A DNA stretch of 63,251 nucleotides, the filler included, from Reclinomonas americana ATCC 50394 (taxonomy: Eukaryota), in assembly GCA_048213135.1 (NCBI GenBank). It is 17 parts of 17 records of this genome, joined end to end, with 100 filler letters (N's around TTAATTAATTAA, not from the genome) between each part and the next. Parts side by side here need not be neighbours in the genome. Positions count along the whole stretch, not along the records: positions 44,598 to 48,681 come from AFZH01019902.1; positions 48,782 to 53,566 come from AFZH01019904.1; positions 53,667 to 55,819 come from AFZH01019905.1; positions 55,920 to 57,163 come from AFZH01019906.1; positions 57,264 to 58,597 come from AFZH01019907.1; positions 58,698 to 61,938 come from AFZH01019909.1; 11 more parts are not named here. The stretch is one strand, 5' to 3'. Positions 44,598 to 59,500 of the stretch are shown here, piece by piece. A model generated the notes under the pieces. The model had not been told where the DNA came from. It saw nothing but the letters and a program-made list of their open reading frames with translations, and did not search any database. Positions within the stretch are counted from its first letter, which is position 1, and every line of letters starts with the position of its first letter. The position numbers and the translations under genes are program-made.

Positions 44598-47500
44598 ACG
44601 AACAATACGAACGGACTCATGGCCACATTTAACAGGTTCTGTTGTTGATCTGCGGTGCAACTCGTACGCTGCCTTTCATAAGTTCTCACTGCGGTGAGGA
44701 AACTACACAGGCCCACATTTCTGTACATTGACCGCTCGACGGACACGATCTTCACGTTTGATGTGCGTCCTGCACCAACAGCTGCTCTCTCTCTCTCTCT
44801 CTCTCTCTCACGCTGAATTCTCTTCTTTGCTTCCTCGCAGCAATTCGGATTCAAAGTTCGTACAATCACGTCTTCCTCGGCGACGGCCACGCTGGCGGGC
44901 GCAGGCGTCAGTGGAAGCACCGACGGAATGACAACCTCGGCAAAGTTTGCTGGAAGTGTCACTGGAGGATGTCTGGATACGACCAACCAAGTTCTTTATG
45001 TTGCCGATCCTGGTAACAGAACGATTCGCTCGGTACGTTGTGCATGCACATTTCCTTGTTGCGCCATGATTGTCTCACTTCTTCTTTTGTTTGCAGGTGA
45101 CGTACGCCGGCAACGTGGTCAGATACTGCGGTGTCCAGGGAACGTCTGGCACCACTGACGGCAGTTGCACTGTTCCGACTGCCAGGTTCACTACGCCTTC
45201 CGGCATGACGATTAGAGGGACGACCTTGTACGTTGGTACGTATGAAGTGAACCGCACACTTCGGATCTCATTTGTGAATTAGACTCAATTCTCCACACGC
45301 GCAGCGGATAGAGGCACTCACTCCATCCGCGCCATCAACATGACCACTCTCAACGTGACTACATTCGCCGGCGCCACGGCCGGTACTAGCGGTACAAGCA
45401 ACGGCATCGGTACGTTTGCTTTATTGCTTCCTGATTTGCCCATCCTGCATCTGACGCACGTTTAACACAGGCACCTCCGCTCGATTCAACACCCCGCACA
45501 GTATCCTCTACGAGTCGAACCTGGACGCTTTCTTCGTCGCTGATGTTGCGTGATCCGATGCGTGTGGTCGTGTTGAGAAGGGACCGGCGTCTGACTGTGC
45601 ACGCAGCAAAACAACGGCGCGATTCGCATGATCCGTGCAAGTGATACTCTCGTGTCCACATTTGCTGGAGTACCCGGCACTATCGGTCAACAAGACGGGT
45701 CGGCAATCGGTTCTGGCCGGGTATACCATGCGGTGCGCTGATGCTATTGATTCTGTGGCTTCCCTTACTTTTGCCGAGTCCCGCTCACCACCTGCGTGGC
45801 ATGCATGCAGACCTTCATGGTGGTTGATTGGGCCAACTCTCGCCTGGTGTTCACGGACATGGACCAGTATATCATCCGCCGAGTGTCCTTTGGCGGCACG
45901 CGAGCGACTGCATCTCCGTCCTCATCCACCGGCTCGTCTCCCGTGTCCATCTCGGCTGCCGTTTCGGGTCTCATGTCGGGCAGGACGTACTACTATGCGC
46001 CGGTGGCCACGACATCGACGCCAAGCACGGTGTACGGCTCGGTGCTGTCGTTCGCTGCCGGTACCAACGTCGCACCCACTGCCTTGTCTTGCTCCCCTCT
46101 CGGCTACGTCTCTCCATCGACCGCCAACACCAACATCTGCACCATGTCGCCGACGGATGCAAATTCTGGTCAGACCTACACGTACTCGGTGACTGGCGGA
46201 GCCGACATGGCGTCGTTTACAACGAGTGGCGCGATTCTCCGACTTGTGCCAGCTGGTATCACCAGCGCTTCATTGGTGGTGTCGGTGACTGTCACCGATA
46301 ACGGTGGACTCTCGTACGCGGCAACGTTTACTATCGGTGTGTGTTTTTTTGTGCCATTCAGTGTCTCCCTTCTCGTGAAAAATTGCCTCCCGCTGACGCT
46401 CGTGTGACGTGCCTGCACAGTGCGCAACCAGGCGCCAACGGCCGTAAGCTTGTCGCCCGCGAGCTACGTGTCACCGAGCACTGTCAACCAAGTCATCGGC
46501 ACCCTGAGCACCACCGACGGCGACATGGGTCAGACGTACACATACTCGGTGGTCGGTGGCGCCGATGCTGCTTCGGTGACCATCTCCGGTGGCAACCAGC
46601 TGCAGTTCGCAGTCGCCGGCGTCACCAGCACCATGACAGTCATTGTTCGGACGACTGACAATGGATCGCCAGCGGCAACGTACGACCAAACATTCACTAT
46701 TGCCAGTGCGTTTCTGTGTTTCTTTGTTGCATCGTTTTCTGATTGTCGAGTCACTCGGTCATCTGAGCATCTCTTTTTCAATCGTGCAGCTGGCGCGGGA
46801 AATAGCGCCCCCACCGGCGTATCTCTCAGTGTGTCGTCGTATGCACCTCCGAGCACCGTCAATCAAGTGATTGGCACGTTGAGCTCCACCGATCCGGATG
46901 TCGGCCAGACGTTCACCTACTCGGTGGTCGGTGGCGCCGACGCCGCGTCTGTCACCATTGCCAGTGGTAATCAGCTGCAGTTTGCCGCCGCCAGCGTCAC
47001 GAACAACTTGACAGTGATTGTGCGGACGACGGACGACGGCGTGCCAGCACTTTCGTTTGACCAGACTCTGACGATTACAGGCATGTATTAGTCTCAACAA
47101 GAGGCGAGCTCGTAACTGATGCTGATCGACCTTCTGTTGTGCAGCGCAAAACAACGCACCAACTGATATTGTGCTGTCGGCAACGACGTACGCGCCGCCG
47201 AGCACGACGAATCTCGTCGTTGGCAGTCTGTCGACCACAGATGCCGACAGCAGCTGGCAGTCGTTCACGTATACGATTGTGGGCGGAGCGAATGCCGCCA
47301 CGTTTAACATTTCTGGCACGCAGCTGCGAATCACAGCAGCAGGCGTCACCGGTGGTGGGTATTTGGTGACTGTGCGCTCGACGGACAGTGGCAATGGCTC
47401 GCTGTCCTTTGACAAGACGTTCACAATCAACGAAGGTCTGTCGCCTTTTTCGCGTAACTTGATTGTCACTTGTAGTTCTTATGCGTCGTGTGGCAGCCAA

Positions 47501-50500
47501 TGTCGCACCGACGGACATTGCACTGTCGGCAACGACGTACACGCCGCCGACTACTGCCAATCTCGTGATTGGTACTCTGTCGACCACCGATGCCAACTCT
47601 GGCCAGACGTTCACGTACACGATCGTGGGTGGAGCGAATGCAGCCATGTTCAACATCTCGGGCACGCAGCTACGCATCACGACGGCCGGGCAGAATGGAA
47701 CGGGCTTGGTGGTGATTGTGCGATCGACTGACAGCGGCAGTGGATCGCTGTTCTTCGACAAGACGTTTACGATCAACGAGGGTCCGTGTTCCTACTTGGC
47801 AAAGTCTCCATTCCTCAGCTGTGTCTCACTTCTTTGTTTCTTCCCGCTGTCCAGTTAATGTCGCACCAACGGACATTGCACTGTCGGCGACGACGTACAC
47901 GCCACCGACCACGGTCAATCTCGTGATTGGTAACCTGTCGACAACAGACGCCAACTCGGCTCAGACATTCACGTACACGATTGTGGGCGGCGCGAACGCG
48001 GCCATGTTCAACGTCTCTGGCGCGCAGCTGCGCATCACGACAGCGGGACAGAATGGAACTGGCCTGGTGGTGATTGTGCGATCGACTGACAGTGGCAGTG
48101 GATCGCTGTTCTTCGACAAGACATTCACGATCAATGAGGGTCTGTGTCCCTACTTGGCAACATCTCCATTCTTCAGCTGTTTCTCACTTCTTTGCCTTCT
48201 TCCATCGATCAGTGAATGTCGCACCAACGGATATTGCACTGTCGGCGACAACGTACACGCCGCCTACCACCACCAATGTCGTTATTGGTAACCTGTCGAC
48301 CACCGATGCCAACTCTGCTCAGACGTTCACGTACACGATCGTGGGCGGAGCGAATGCGGCCATGTTCAACATCTCTGGCGCGCAGCTGCGCATCACGACA
48401 GCCGGTCAGAATGGAACTGGCTTGGTGGTGATTGTGCGATCGACAGACAGCGGCAGCGGATCGCTGTTCTTCGACAAGACATTCACAATCAACGAAGGTC
48501 TGCTCTCTAGTTTGTTGCCTCTTGCTGACTGCTTCTAACTTCCCTTCTTCTTTTTCTGTTCAGCGAATGTTGCACCGACGGATATTGCACTGTCGGCGAC
48601 AACGTACACGCCGCCTACCACCACCAATGTCGTTATTGGTAACCTGTCGACCACCGATGCCAACTCTGCTCAGACGTTCACNNNNNNNNNNNNNNNNNNN
48701 NNNNNNNNNNNNNNNNNNNNNNNNNTTAATTAATTAANNNNNNNNNNNNNNNNNNNNNNNNNNNNNNNNNNNNNNNNNNNNGCGATCGACAGACAGCGGT
48801 GCATCACCTCTGTTCTTCGACAAGACATTTACGATCAGCGAGGGTTCGTATTATCTTGAAGCAGCGTGTTCTCAGATGCGGTTTCTCATTCGCCCGGTTT
48901 CTTTTGTTCAGTTAATGTCGCACCGACGGACATTGCACTGTCGGCGACGACGTACACGCCGCCGACCACTGCCAACCTCGTGATTGGTAACCTGTCAACG
49001 ACCGATGCCAACTCGGCTCAGACATTCACGTACACGATTGTGGGCGGAGCGAATGCGGCCATGTTCAACATCTCAGGCGCTCAGCTGCGCATCACAGCAG
49101 CGGGTGTCATCGGTGATGGGTATCAAGTGACCGTGCGATCGACTGACAGCGGCAGTGGATCGCTGTTCTTCGAGAAGACATTCACAATCAACGAAGGTGT
49201 GTTGCCACAAGCAATATGCAGGTGACTTTACTCATCATATACGTGTCGTGTACAGTGAGCATTGCGCCAACGGACATTGCGATTTCGTCGTTGACATATG
49301 CGCCGCCGACCACCGCCAACGTTGTGGTGGGCACACTGTCAACGACGGACGGCAACTCGTGTCAGTCGTACACATATTCGATCGTTGGTGGGGCGAATGC
49401 AGCCATGTTCAACATCTCAGGCTCGCAACTGCGTATCACGACAGCCGGGCAGAATGGAACGGGGCTGGTGGTGATTGTCCGATCCACTGACAGTGGCAGC
49501 GGATCGCTGTTCTTCGACAAGACATTCACAATCAACGAAGGTGTGTGACGCGATTCTTGCTCTGTACGTGCAGTGTATAGAGAGAATGAGTGTGAGTGCT
49601 TCATCGGCGTGGTTACTCATTGACTATCATTACAGCCAATGTCACGCCCACGGACATCACGATATCGATTTCGGCGTACACGTTGCCGACGACTGCCAAC
49701 ATGGTTGTGGGAAACCTGTCGACAACCGACGGCAATTCGTGTCAGACGTACACGTACACGATTGTGGGCGGAGCCAATGCGGCCTTGTTCAATATCTCTG
49801 GCGACCAGCTGCGCATCACTGCGGCTGGGCAGACGGGCAGTGGACTGGTGGTTATCGTCCGCACCACCGACAATGGCAGTGGGTCGCTGTTCTTTGACAA
49901 GACGCTTATCATTGACGAAGGTACGACCAAGATAGTTTTGATTGAGTTGTTGTTGCGTTTGGCGACTTATGAAGCGTTGCGAATGACGCACAGCCAACGT
50001 CCCTCCGTCGGATATTGCACTGTCGTCGACGACGTACACGCCGCCGACCACTGCCAATGTCGTGGTGGGCACTCTGTCCACCACAGACGGCAACTCGGCG
50101 CAGACGTTCACGTACGCAATTGTGGGCGGAGCAAACGCGGCCATGTTCAACATCTCTGGCGCGCAGCTGCGCATCACGACAGCTGGACAAAATGGAACGG
50201 GGCTGGTGGTAATTGTGCGATCGACAGACAGCGGTGCATCACCTCTGTTCTTCGACAAGACATTTACGATCAACGAAGGTTCGTATTATCTTGAAGCAGC
50301 GTGTTCTCAGATGTGGTTTCTCATTCACTCGTTTCCTTTTGTCCAGTCAATGTCGCTCCGACGGACATTGCACTGTCAGCGACGACGTACACGCCACCGA
50401 CCACCGCCAACCTCGTGATTGGTAGCCTGTCAACGACCGATGCCAACTCGGCGCAGACGTTCACGTACACGATTGTGGGAGGGGCGAATGCGGCCATGTT

Positions 50501-53500
50501 CAACATCTCTGGCGCTCAGCTGCGCATCACGACAGCTGGGCAGAATGGAACTGGGCTGGTGGTGATTGTGCGGACGACTGACAGTGGCAGTGGGTCGCTG
50601 TTCTTTGACAAGACATTCACGATCAACGAAGGTCAGTCGCCGTTTGCTTCACACACTACCTGCCGTTCTCACCCAGTCACCTTCTTCTATCGTGCAGTGA
50701 ATGTGGCGCCGACGGATATTGCACTGACATCGATTACGTATGCACCACCGTCAACAGCCAACATTGTCGTCGGATCGCTCTCGACAACCGATGCCAACTC
50801 GTGCCAGACGTACACGTACACGATTGTGGGTGGGGCGAATGCTGTCTTGTTCAACATATCGGGCGACCAGCTGCGCATTACTGCGGCTGGACAGACTGGC
50901 AGCGGACTGGTGGTGACTGTGCGATCGACCGATAGTGGCAGCGGGTCGCTGTTCTTTGACAAGACGCTTGTCATTGATGAAGGTACGGTCATGGTGGCAT
51001 CACTAATCGTCACAACCTTCGAAGAGGCCTCATCTTCTCTCGTACTTTCGCAGCCAATGTTTCCCCGACGGACATTGCACTGTCGGCGACGACATACGCG
51101 CCACCGACCACTGCCAATCTCGTGATTGGTAACCTGTCAACGACGGACGCCAACACGGCGCAGACATTCACGTACACAATCGTGGGCGGAGCGAATGCGG
51201 CAATGTTCAACATCTCTGGCGCACAATTGCGCATCACGACAGCCGGTCAGAATGGAACTGGCTTGGTGGTGATTGTGCGATCGACAGACAATGGTGCATC
51301 ACCTCTGTTCTTCGACAAGACATTTACGATCAACGAGGGTTCGTACTGTCTTGGAGCAGCGTGTTCTCAAAGGTGGTTTCTAATTCGCTCGTTTTCTTTT
51401 GGTCAGTGAATGTCACACCGACGGATATTGCGCTGTCAGCGACGACGTACACGCCTCCGACCACCACCAATCTTGTGATTGGTAGCCTGTCGACAACCGA
51501 TGCCAACTCAGCGCAGACATTCACATACACGATTGTGGGTGGGGCGAATGCGGCCATGTTCAACATCTCTGGCGCTCAGCTGCGCATCACAACTGCTGGC
51601 CAGAATGGAACTGGCTTGGTGGTGATTGTGCGATCGACGGACAGCGGCAGTGGACCGCTATTCTTTGACAAGACATTCACGATTAACGAAGGTCCGTGGC
51701 GTCATGGATCTCGTAGTTATCGCTTTCTTCACTCACTGCTTCGTTCTTCAATGTTGACCAGTCAACGTTGCACCAACTGATGTTGTGCTATCGGCTACCG
51801 TATACGTTCCGCCGACCACAGCCAACCTTGTTGTAGGAGGTCTGTCAACGACGGACGCCAATTCGTGTCAGACGTACACATACACGATTGTGGGCGGAGC
51901 GAATGCGGCCATGTTCAACATCTCCGGCACACAGCTGCGCATCACGACAGCCGGTCAGAATGGAACCGGCTTGGTGGTAATTGTGCGCACCACCGACAGT
52001 GGCAGTGGATCGCTGTTCTTTGACAAGACATTCACGATTAACGAAGGTCTGTGGCGTCATGGATCTTGTAGTTATTGCTTTCTTCACTCACTGCTTCGTT
52101 CTTCAATGTTGACCAGTCAACGTTGCACCAACTGATGTTGTGTTGTCGGCTACCGTATACGTTCCGCCGACGACAGCCAACCTTGTTGTGGGAGGGCTGT
52201 CAACGACCGATGCCAACTCTGCTCAGACGTTCACGTACACGATTGTTGGTGGGGCCGATGCGGCCATGTTCAACATCTCGGGCACGCAGCTGCGCATCAC
52301 GACGGCCGGTCGGAATGGAACTGGCTTGGTTGTGATTGTGCGGACGACGGACAGCGGCAGTGGATCACTGTTCTTCGAGAAGACATTCACGATTAACGAA
52401 GGTCTGCGACGTCATGGATCTCGTTGTTCTCGCTTTCTTTACTCACTGCTTCGTTCTTCAATGTTGACCAGTCAACGTTGCACCAACTGATGTTGTGTTG
52501 TCGGTTGCCACATACGTCCCGCCGACGACTGCCAACCTTGTTGTGGGAGGTCTGTCAACGACGGACGCCAATTCGTGTCAAACATTCACGTACACGATTG
52601 TGGGCGGAGCGAATGCGGCGCTGTTCAACATCTCTGGCTCGCAGCTGCGTATCACGACAGCCGGTCAGAATGGAACTGGCTTGGTGGTGATCGTCCGATC
52701 AACTGACAGTGGCAGTGGATCGCTGTTCTTCGACAAGACATTCACAATCAACGAGGGTTTGTGCTGCGATTCTTGCGTTTTGTGTGCAGTGGAGAGAGAG
52801 AGAGAGAGAGAATGAGTGTGAGAGGTCACTTATCGACTATCCTGGCAGCCAATGTCACGCCCACGGACATCACGTTGTCGGCAACACAATACGTGTTACC
52901 GGCCACCGCAAACATGGTTGTAGGTGTGCTATCGACAACTGATGTCAACTCGTGTCAGACGTACACGTACTCGATTGTGGGCGGAGCGAATGCTGCCTTG
53001 TTCAACATCTCTGGCGACCAGCTGCGCATCACTGCGGCTGGGCAGACGGGCAGTGGACTGGTGGTTATCGTCCGCACCACCGACAATGGCAGTGGGTCGC
53101 TGTTCTTTGACAAGACGCTTATCATTGACGAAGGTACGACCAAGATAGTTTTGCTTGAGTTGTTGTTGCGTTTGGCGACTTATGAAGCGTTGCGAATGAC
53201 GCACAGCCGACGTCCCTCCGTCGGATATTGCACTGTCGTCGACGACGTACACGCCACCGACCACTGCCAATGTCGTGGTGGGCACTCTGTCCACCACAGA
53301 CGGCAACTCGGCGCAGACGTTCTCGTACACGATTGTGGGCGGAGCGAATGCGGCCATGTTCAACATCTCTGGCGCGCAGCTTCGCATCACGACAGCCGGG
53401 CAGAATGGAACGGGCTTGGTTGTGATTGTGCGATCGACTGACAATGGTGCATCACCTCTGTTTTTCGACAAGACATTTACGATCAACGAAGGTATGTTTT

Positions 53501-56500
53501 GTGTTTTGTTTTTTTCTCCGCTGACAGGTGATCGTAGCTCTTATGCGGCGCATCGCAGTAAATGTTNNNNNNNNNNNNNNNNNNNNNNNNNNNNNNNNNN
53601 NNNNNNNNNNTTAATTAATTAANNNNNNNNNNNNNNNNNNNNNNNNNNNNNNNNNNNNNNNNNNNNGTGGGCGGAGCGAATGCGGCCATGTTCAACATCT
53701 CTGGCACGCAGCTGCGCATCACAGCAGCCGGTCAGAATGGAACTGGCTTGGTGTTGATTGTGCGATCAACCGACAACGGCAGTGGATCGCTGTTCTTCGA
53801 GAAGACATTCACGATCAACGAAGGTGTGTGCTGTAGATCTGTGTTGTGCATGTGCCTGGTCACTCATCGACTACCATTACAGCCAATGTCATGCCCACGG
53901 ATATCACGTTGTCGGCAACACAGTACGCGTTGCCGGCCACCGCAAATATGGTTGTTGGTGTGCTATCGACAACGGATGCGAACTCGTGTCAGACGTACAC
54001 GTACTCGATTGTGGGCGGAGCGAATGCTGCTTTGTTCAACATCTCTGGCGACCAGCTGCGCATCGCTGCGGCTGGGCAGACGGGCAGCGGACTGGTGGTT
54101 ATTGTGCGCACCACCGACAATGGCAGTGGGTCGCTGTTCTTTAATAAGACGCTTATCATTGACGAAGGTACGACCAAGGTAGTTTTGATTGAGTTGTTGT
54201 TGCGTTTGGCGACTTATGAAGCGTTGCTAATGACGCACAGCCAACGTCCCTCCGTCGGATATTGCACTGTCGTCGATGACGTACACGCCGCCGACCACTG
54301 CCAATGTCGTGGTGGGCACTCTGTCCACCACAGACGGCAACTCGGCGCAGACATTCACGTACTCGATTGTGGGGGGAGCGAATGCGGCCATGTTCAATAT
54401 CTCTGGCGCGCAGCTGCGCATCACGACAGCCGGGCAGAATGGAATCGGCTTGGTGGTGATTGTGCGATCGACGGATAACGGCATCGGATCATTGTTCTTG
54501 GACAAGACGTTCACGATCAACGAAGGTATGTTTTGTGTTTTGTTGTCTCTGCTGACAGGCGATCGGTTATCTTATGCGTTCCGTGGCAGCGAATGTCGCA
54601 CCGACAGACATTGCACTGACGGCCACGACATACACACCACCGACCACCGCCAATCTTGTGATTGGTAGCCTGTCAACGACCGATGCCAACTCGGCGCAGA
54701 CGTTCACGTACACGATTGTGGGTGGAGCGAATGCAGCCATGTTCAACATCTCTGGTGCCCAGCTGCGCATCACAACTGCGGGTCAGAATGGAACCGGCTT
54801 GTTGGTGATTGTGCGGACGACGGACAGCGGCAGTGGATCGCTGTTCTTTGACAAGACATTCACAATCAACGAAGGTTTGTTGCTGCAGGCGATTCGCAGG
54901 TGATTTTGCTCGTCGTGTGTCTCACGCACGTCTCCTGTACAGTGAATGTTGTGCCGACGGACGTTGTGCTTTCGTCTGTGACGTACTTGCCGCCGACCAC
55001 GGCCAATGTGGCTGTCGGTTCGCTTTCCACCGTGGACGCCAACTCGTGCCAAACGTACACGTACACAATCGTGGGTGGAGCAAATGCTGCCATGTTCAAC
55101 ATCTCTGGCGCCCAGCTGCGCATCACAACCGCCGGGCAGAATGGAACCGGTTTGGTGGTGATTGTGCGATCGACGGACAGCGGCAGTGGATCGCTGTTCT
55201 TTGACAAAACATTCACGATCAACGAAGGTGTGTGCTTGCAGATCTATGTTGTGTGCATGTGCTTGTCCACTCATCGTCGATATTTGCAATTGCAGCCAAT
55301 GTCGTACCCACGGACATCACAATATCGATCGCGGCATACACGCCGCCGTCAACATCTAATATGGTTGTTGGCAGGCTGTCGACGACCGATGCCAACTCGT
55401 GCCAGTCTTACACGTACACGATTGTGGGCGGAGCGAATGCTGCCGTGTTCAACATCTCTGGCGAGCAGCTGCGCATCACTGCGGCTGGGCAGACGGGCAA
55501 TGGACTGGTGGTTATTGTGCGCACCACCGATAGTGGCAGCGGATCGCTGTTCTTTGACAAGACCCTTGTCATTGACGAAGGTACGGAGCAAGATAGTTTG
55601 ATTGAGCTGTTGTTACGTTCGGCGACTTATCAAGCGTTGCGAATGACCCACAGCCAACGTCCCTCCGTCGGACATTGCACTGTCGACGACGACGTACACG
55701 CCGCCGACCACTGCCAATGTCGTGGTGGGCACGCTGTCAACGACAGATGCCAACGCGAGCCAGTCGTTCACGTACTCGATTGTTGGTGGAGCGAATGCGG
55801 CCATGTTCAACATCTCTGGNNNNNNNNNNNNNNNNNNNNNNNNNNNNNNNNNNNNNNNNNNNNTTAATTAATTAANNNNNNNNNNNNNNNNNNNNNNNNN
55901 NNNNNNNNNNNNNNNNNNNCGCCCAGCTGCGTATCACGACAGCCGGACAGAATGGAATCGGCTTGTTGGTTACTGTGCGATCGACAGACAGCGGTGCATC
56001 ACCTCTGTTCTTCGACAAGACTTTTACGATCAGCGAGGGTTCGTACTGTCTTGGAGATGCGTGTTCTCATCTGTGATTTCTCATTCACTCGTTTTCTTTT
56101 GTTCAGTGAATGTTGCACCGACGGACGTTGCACTGTCGGCAACGACGTACACACCGCCAACCACTGCCAACCTCGTGATTGGTAACCTGTCGACGACCGA
56201 TGCCAACTCGGCGCAGTCGTTCACGTACACGATTGTGGGCGGAGCGAATGCGGCCACGTTCAACATCTCAGGATCGCAACTGCGCATCACAACCGCCGGT
56301 CAGAATGGAACGGGCTTGGTGGTGATTGTGCGATCGACGGATAACGGCAGTGGATCGCTGTTCTTCGACAAGACATTCACGATCAACGAAGGTTAGTTGC
56401 TTGTTTTGTCACTCGCGTGTTAGCTGTTGCAATGACAACGTATCCATCCCTCTGTAGTGAATGTTGCGCCGACGGACATTGCGATTTCGTCTGTAATGTA

Positions 56501-59500
56501 CGCGCCGCCGACCACGGCCAATGTCATCGTCGGTTCGCTTTCCACCGTGGACGCGAATTCGTGTCAGACGTACACGTACACGATTGTTGGTGGAGCAAAT
56601 GCTGCGATGTTCAACATCTCTGGCGCTCAGCTGCGCATCACAACCGCCGGTCAGAATGGAACTGGCTTGGTGGTGATTGTGCGATCGACGGACAGCGGCA
56701 GTGGATCACTATTTGTCGATAAGACATTCACAATCAACGAAGGTGCGTGCTTGCAGGCTTTTTGCTATTTTTGTGCTTGGTCACTCATCATGAGGACACA
56801 CAATTGCAGCCAATGTCGTACCCACGGACATCACGATATCAATGGCAGCGTACACGCCGCCGACCATACCTAATATGGTTGTTGGTTCGCTGTCAACGAC
56901 GGACGCGAATTCGTGCCAGACATACACATACACGATCGTTGGCGGAGCGAATGCTGCCTTGTTCAACATCTCTGGCGACCAGCTGCGCATCACCGCGGCT
57001 GGACAGACAGGCAATGGACTGGTGGTTATTGTCCGCACCACCGACAATGGCATCGGATCGCTTTTCTTCGACAAGACCCTAGTCATTAACGAAGGTATGG
57101 CAAATGGCAAATGGCATCGTTCTTCGTTGCGCCTTTGCAGCCTAAATCATCTGCGTCAATGCGNNNNNNNNNNNNNNNNNNNNNNNNNNNNNNNNNNNNN
57201 NNNNNNNTTAATTAATTAANNNNNNNNNNNNNNNNNNNNNNNNNNNNNNNNNNNNNNNNNNNNAGATGCTAATTTGTATGTGGTCGTACAGTCAACCTTC
57301 CTCCTACGGACATTGCGCTGTCGGCGACCACATACGCGCCGCCGACCACCACCAATCTCGTGATAGGCACTCTGTCTACGACGGACGCCAACACGGCGCA
57401 GACGTTCACGTACACGATTGTGGGCGGTGCGAGTGCGGCCATGTTTAACATCTCCGGCGCGCAACTGCGCATCACAAGCGCAAACCAGAGTGGAAATAAC
57501 TTGGCGGTGACTGTGCGATCAACGGATAATGGCGCAGGGTCTCTGTTTTTCGAGAAGACCTTTGTTATCAACGAAGGTATGATCTGGGTCTTACTGCTGT
57601 TCGTTCCTGTGACACTCACCGATTACTTCGCTGATTTTCGGAATAGCAAATGTCGCACCGAGTGATTTGCTGCTTTCTTCTGCAACGTACGTGCCGCCAA
57701 CATCGGCAAACTTGGTGATCGGTTCGCTTTCCACCGTGGATGCCAACTCGGGCCAGACATTCACGTACACAATTGTGGGTGGAGCCAATGCGGCAATGTT
57801 CAACATCTCTGGCGCGCAGCTGCGCATCACAACTGCTGGGCAGAATGGAACTGGTTTGGTGGTGATTGTGCGGACGACGGACAGCGGCAGTGGATCACTG
57901 TTCTTCGAGAAGACATTCACGATCAACGAAGGTCCGTGGCGTCATGGATCTCGTAGTTCTCGCTTTCTTCACTCACTGTTTTCGTTCTTAATTGTTGACT
58001 AGTCAACGTTGCACCAACTGATGTTGTGCTATCGGCTGCCACATACGTCCCGCCGACGACAGCCAACCTTGTTGTAGGAGGTCTGTCAACGACGGACGCC
58101 AATTCGTGTCAGACGTACACATACACGATTGTTGGCGGCGCGAATGCGGCCATGTTCAACATCTCTGGCACCCAGCTGCGCATCACAACAGCTGGTCAGA
58201 ATGGAACTGGCCTGGTGGTGATTGTGCGATCGACGGACAGCGGCAGTGGATCGCTGTTCTTCGACAAGACATTCACAATCAACGAGGGTTTGTGCTGCGA
58301 TTCTTGCGTTTTGTGTGCAGTGGAGAGAGAGAGAGAATGAGTGTGAGAGGTCGCTTATCGACTATCCTGGCAGCCAATGTCGCGCCCACGGACATCACGT
58401 TGTCGGCGATGACGTACACGCCACCGACCACCTCCAATCTCGTGATTGGTAGCCTGTCAACGACCGACGCCAACTCGGCTCAGTCGTTCGCGTACACGAT
58501 TGTGGGCGGCGCGAATGCTGCCATGTTCAACATCTCAGGCGCGCAGCTGCGGATGACTGCAGCTGGCATTGGTGGCAACGGGTACCAGGTAACTGTGNNN
58601 NNNNNNNNNNNNNNNNNNNNNNNNNNNNNNNNNNNNNNNNNTTAATTAATTAANNNNNNNNNNNNNNNNNNNNNNNNNNNNNNNNNNNNNNNNNNNNGTG
58701 CCGACGGTGTACGCCAACACTGTGGTGGGCGTGCTGACGACGGCAGACGTCAACACGCAAGAGACATTCACCTATGCGATTGTGGGTGGAGCCGATGCGG
58801 CAGCCTTTGATATTGTTGGCGGCAATCTTGTACTGCGGTCGGCAGGCGCGTCGGGCACTGGCCTGCAGGTCAACGTGCAAGTGACGGATTCGAATGGATT
58901 GCAGTACACCAAGAGCTTTGTGATCAACCAAGGTAAGCGTGAGGTCGGTGCCAGGACACGTCGACGAGCCAACGCGTCCTCACTCCTGTGGCCCCATCGT
59001 GCGCAGCAAACTCACCTCCGACATGGATCAATCTCACGAGCACCAGCTACACGACACCGACTGCCGCACCAAATGTCGTGGTGGGGACATTGAGTTCTGT
59101 GGACGGTAATTGCTGCCAGACGTACACGTATACGATTACGGGAGGCGCACAGCAAGCACTCTTCAACATTTCCGGGTCACAACTGCGGCTGACTGCAGCC
59201 GGTCAGACGGGAAGCAACCTCGAAGTTGAGGTGCAGGTGGACGACGGCAACGGAGGCACCTATCGGCAGACATTCTTGATCTCTGAAGGTGAGAGTATCC
59301 GTGCGCATGTTCACGACAGTGCAGCAGCGTGTTGCCTTCATGCTCACACCGAGGTGTGCCGTCGTCTTGTGCGCAGGCAACGGCAACGCGACCGATATTC
59401 TCCTGTCAAGTAACCAATACACGCCGCCGACGGCCACACCAGGCGTGGTTGTCGGCAGCCTCAGTACCGTGTGCAGCAACGCCGGCAAGACCTTTGTGTA

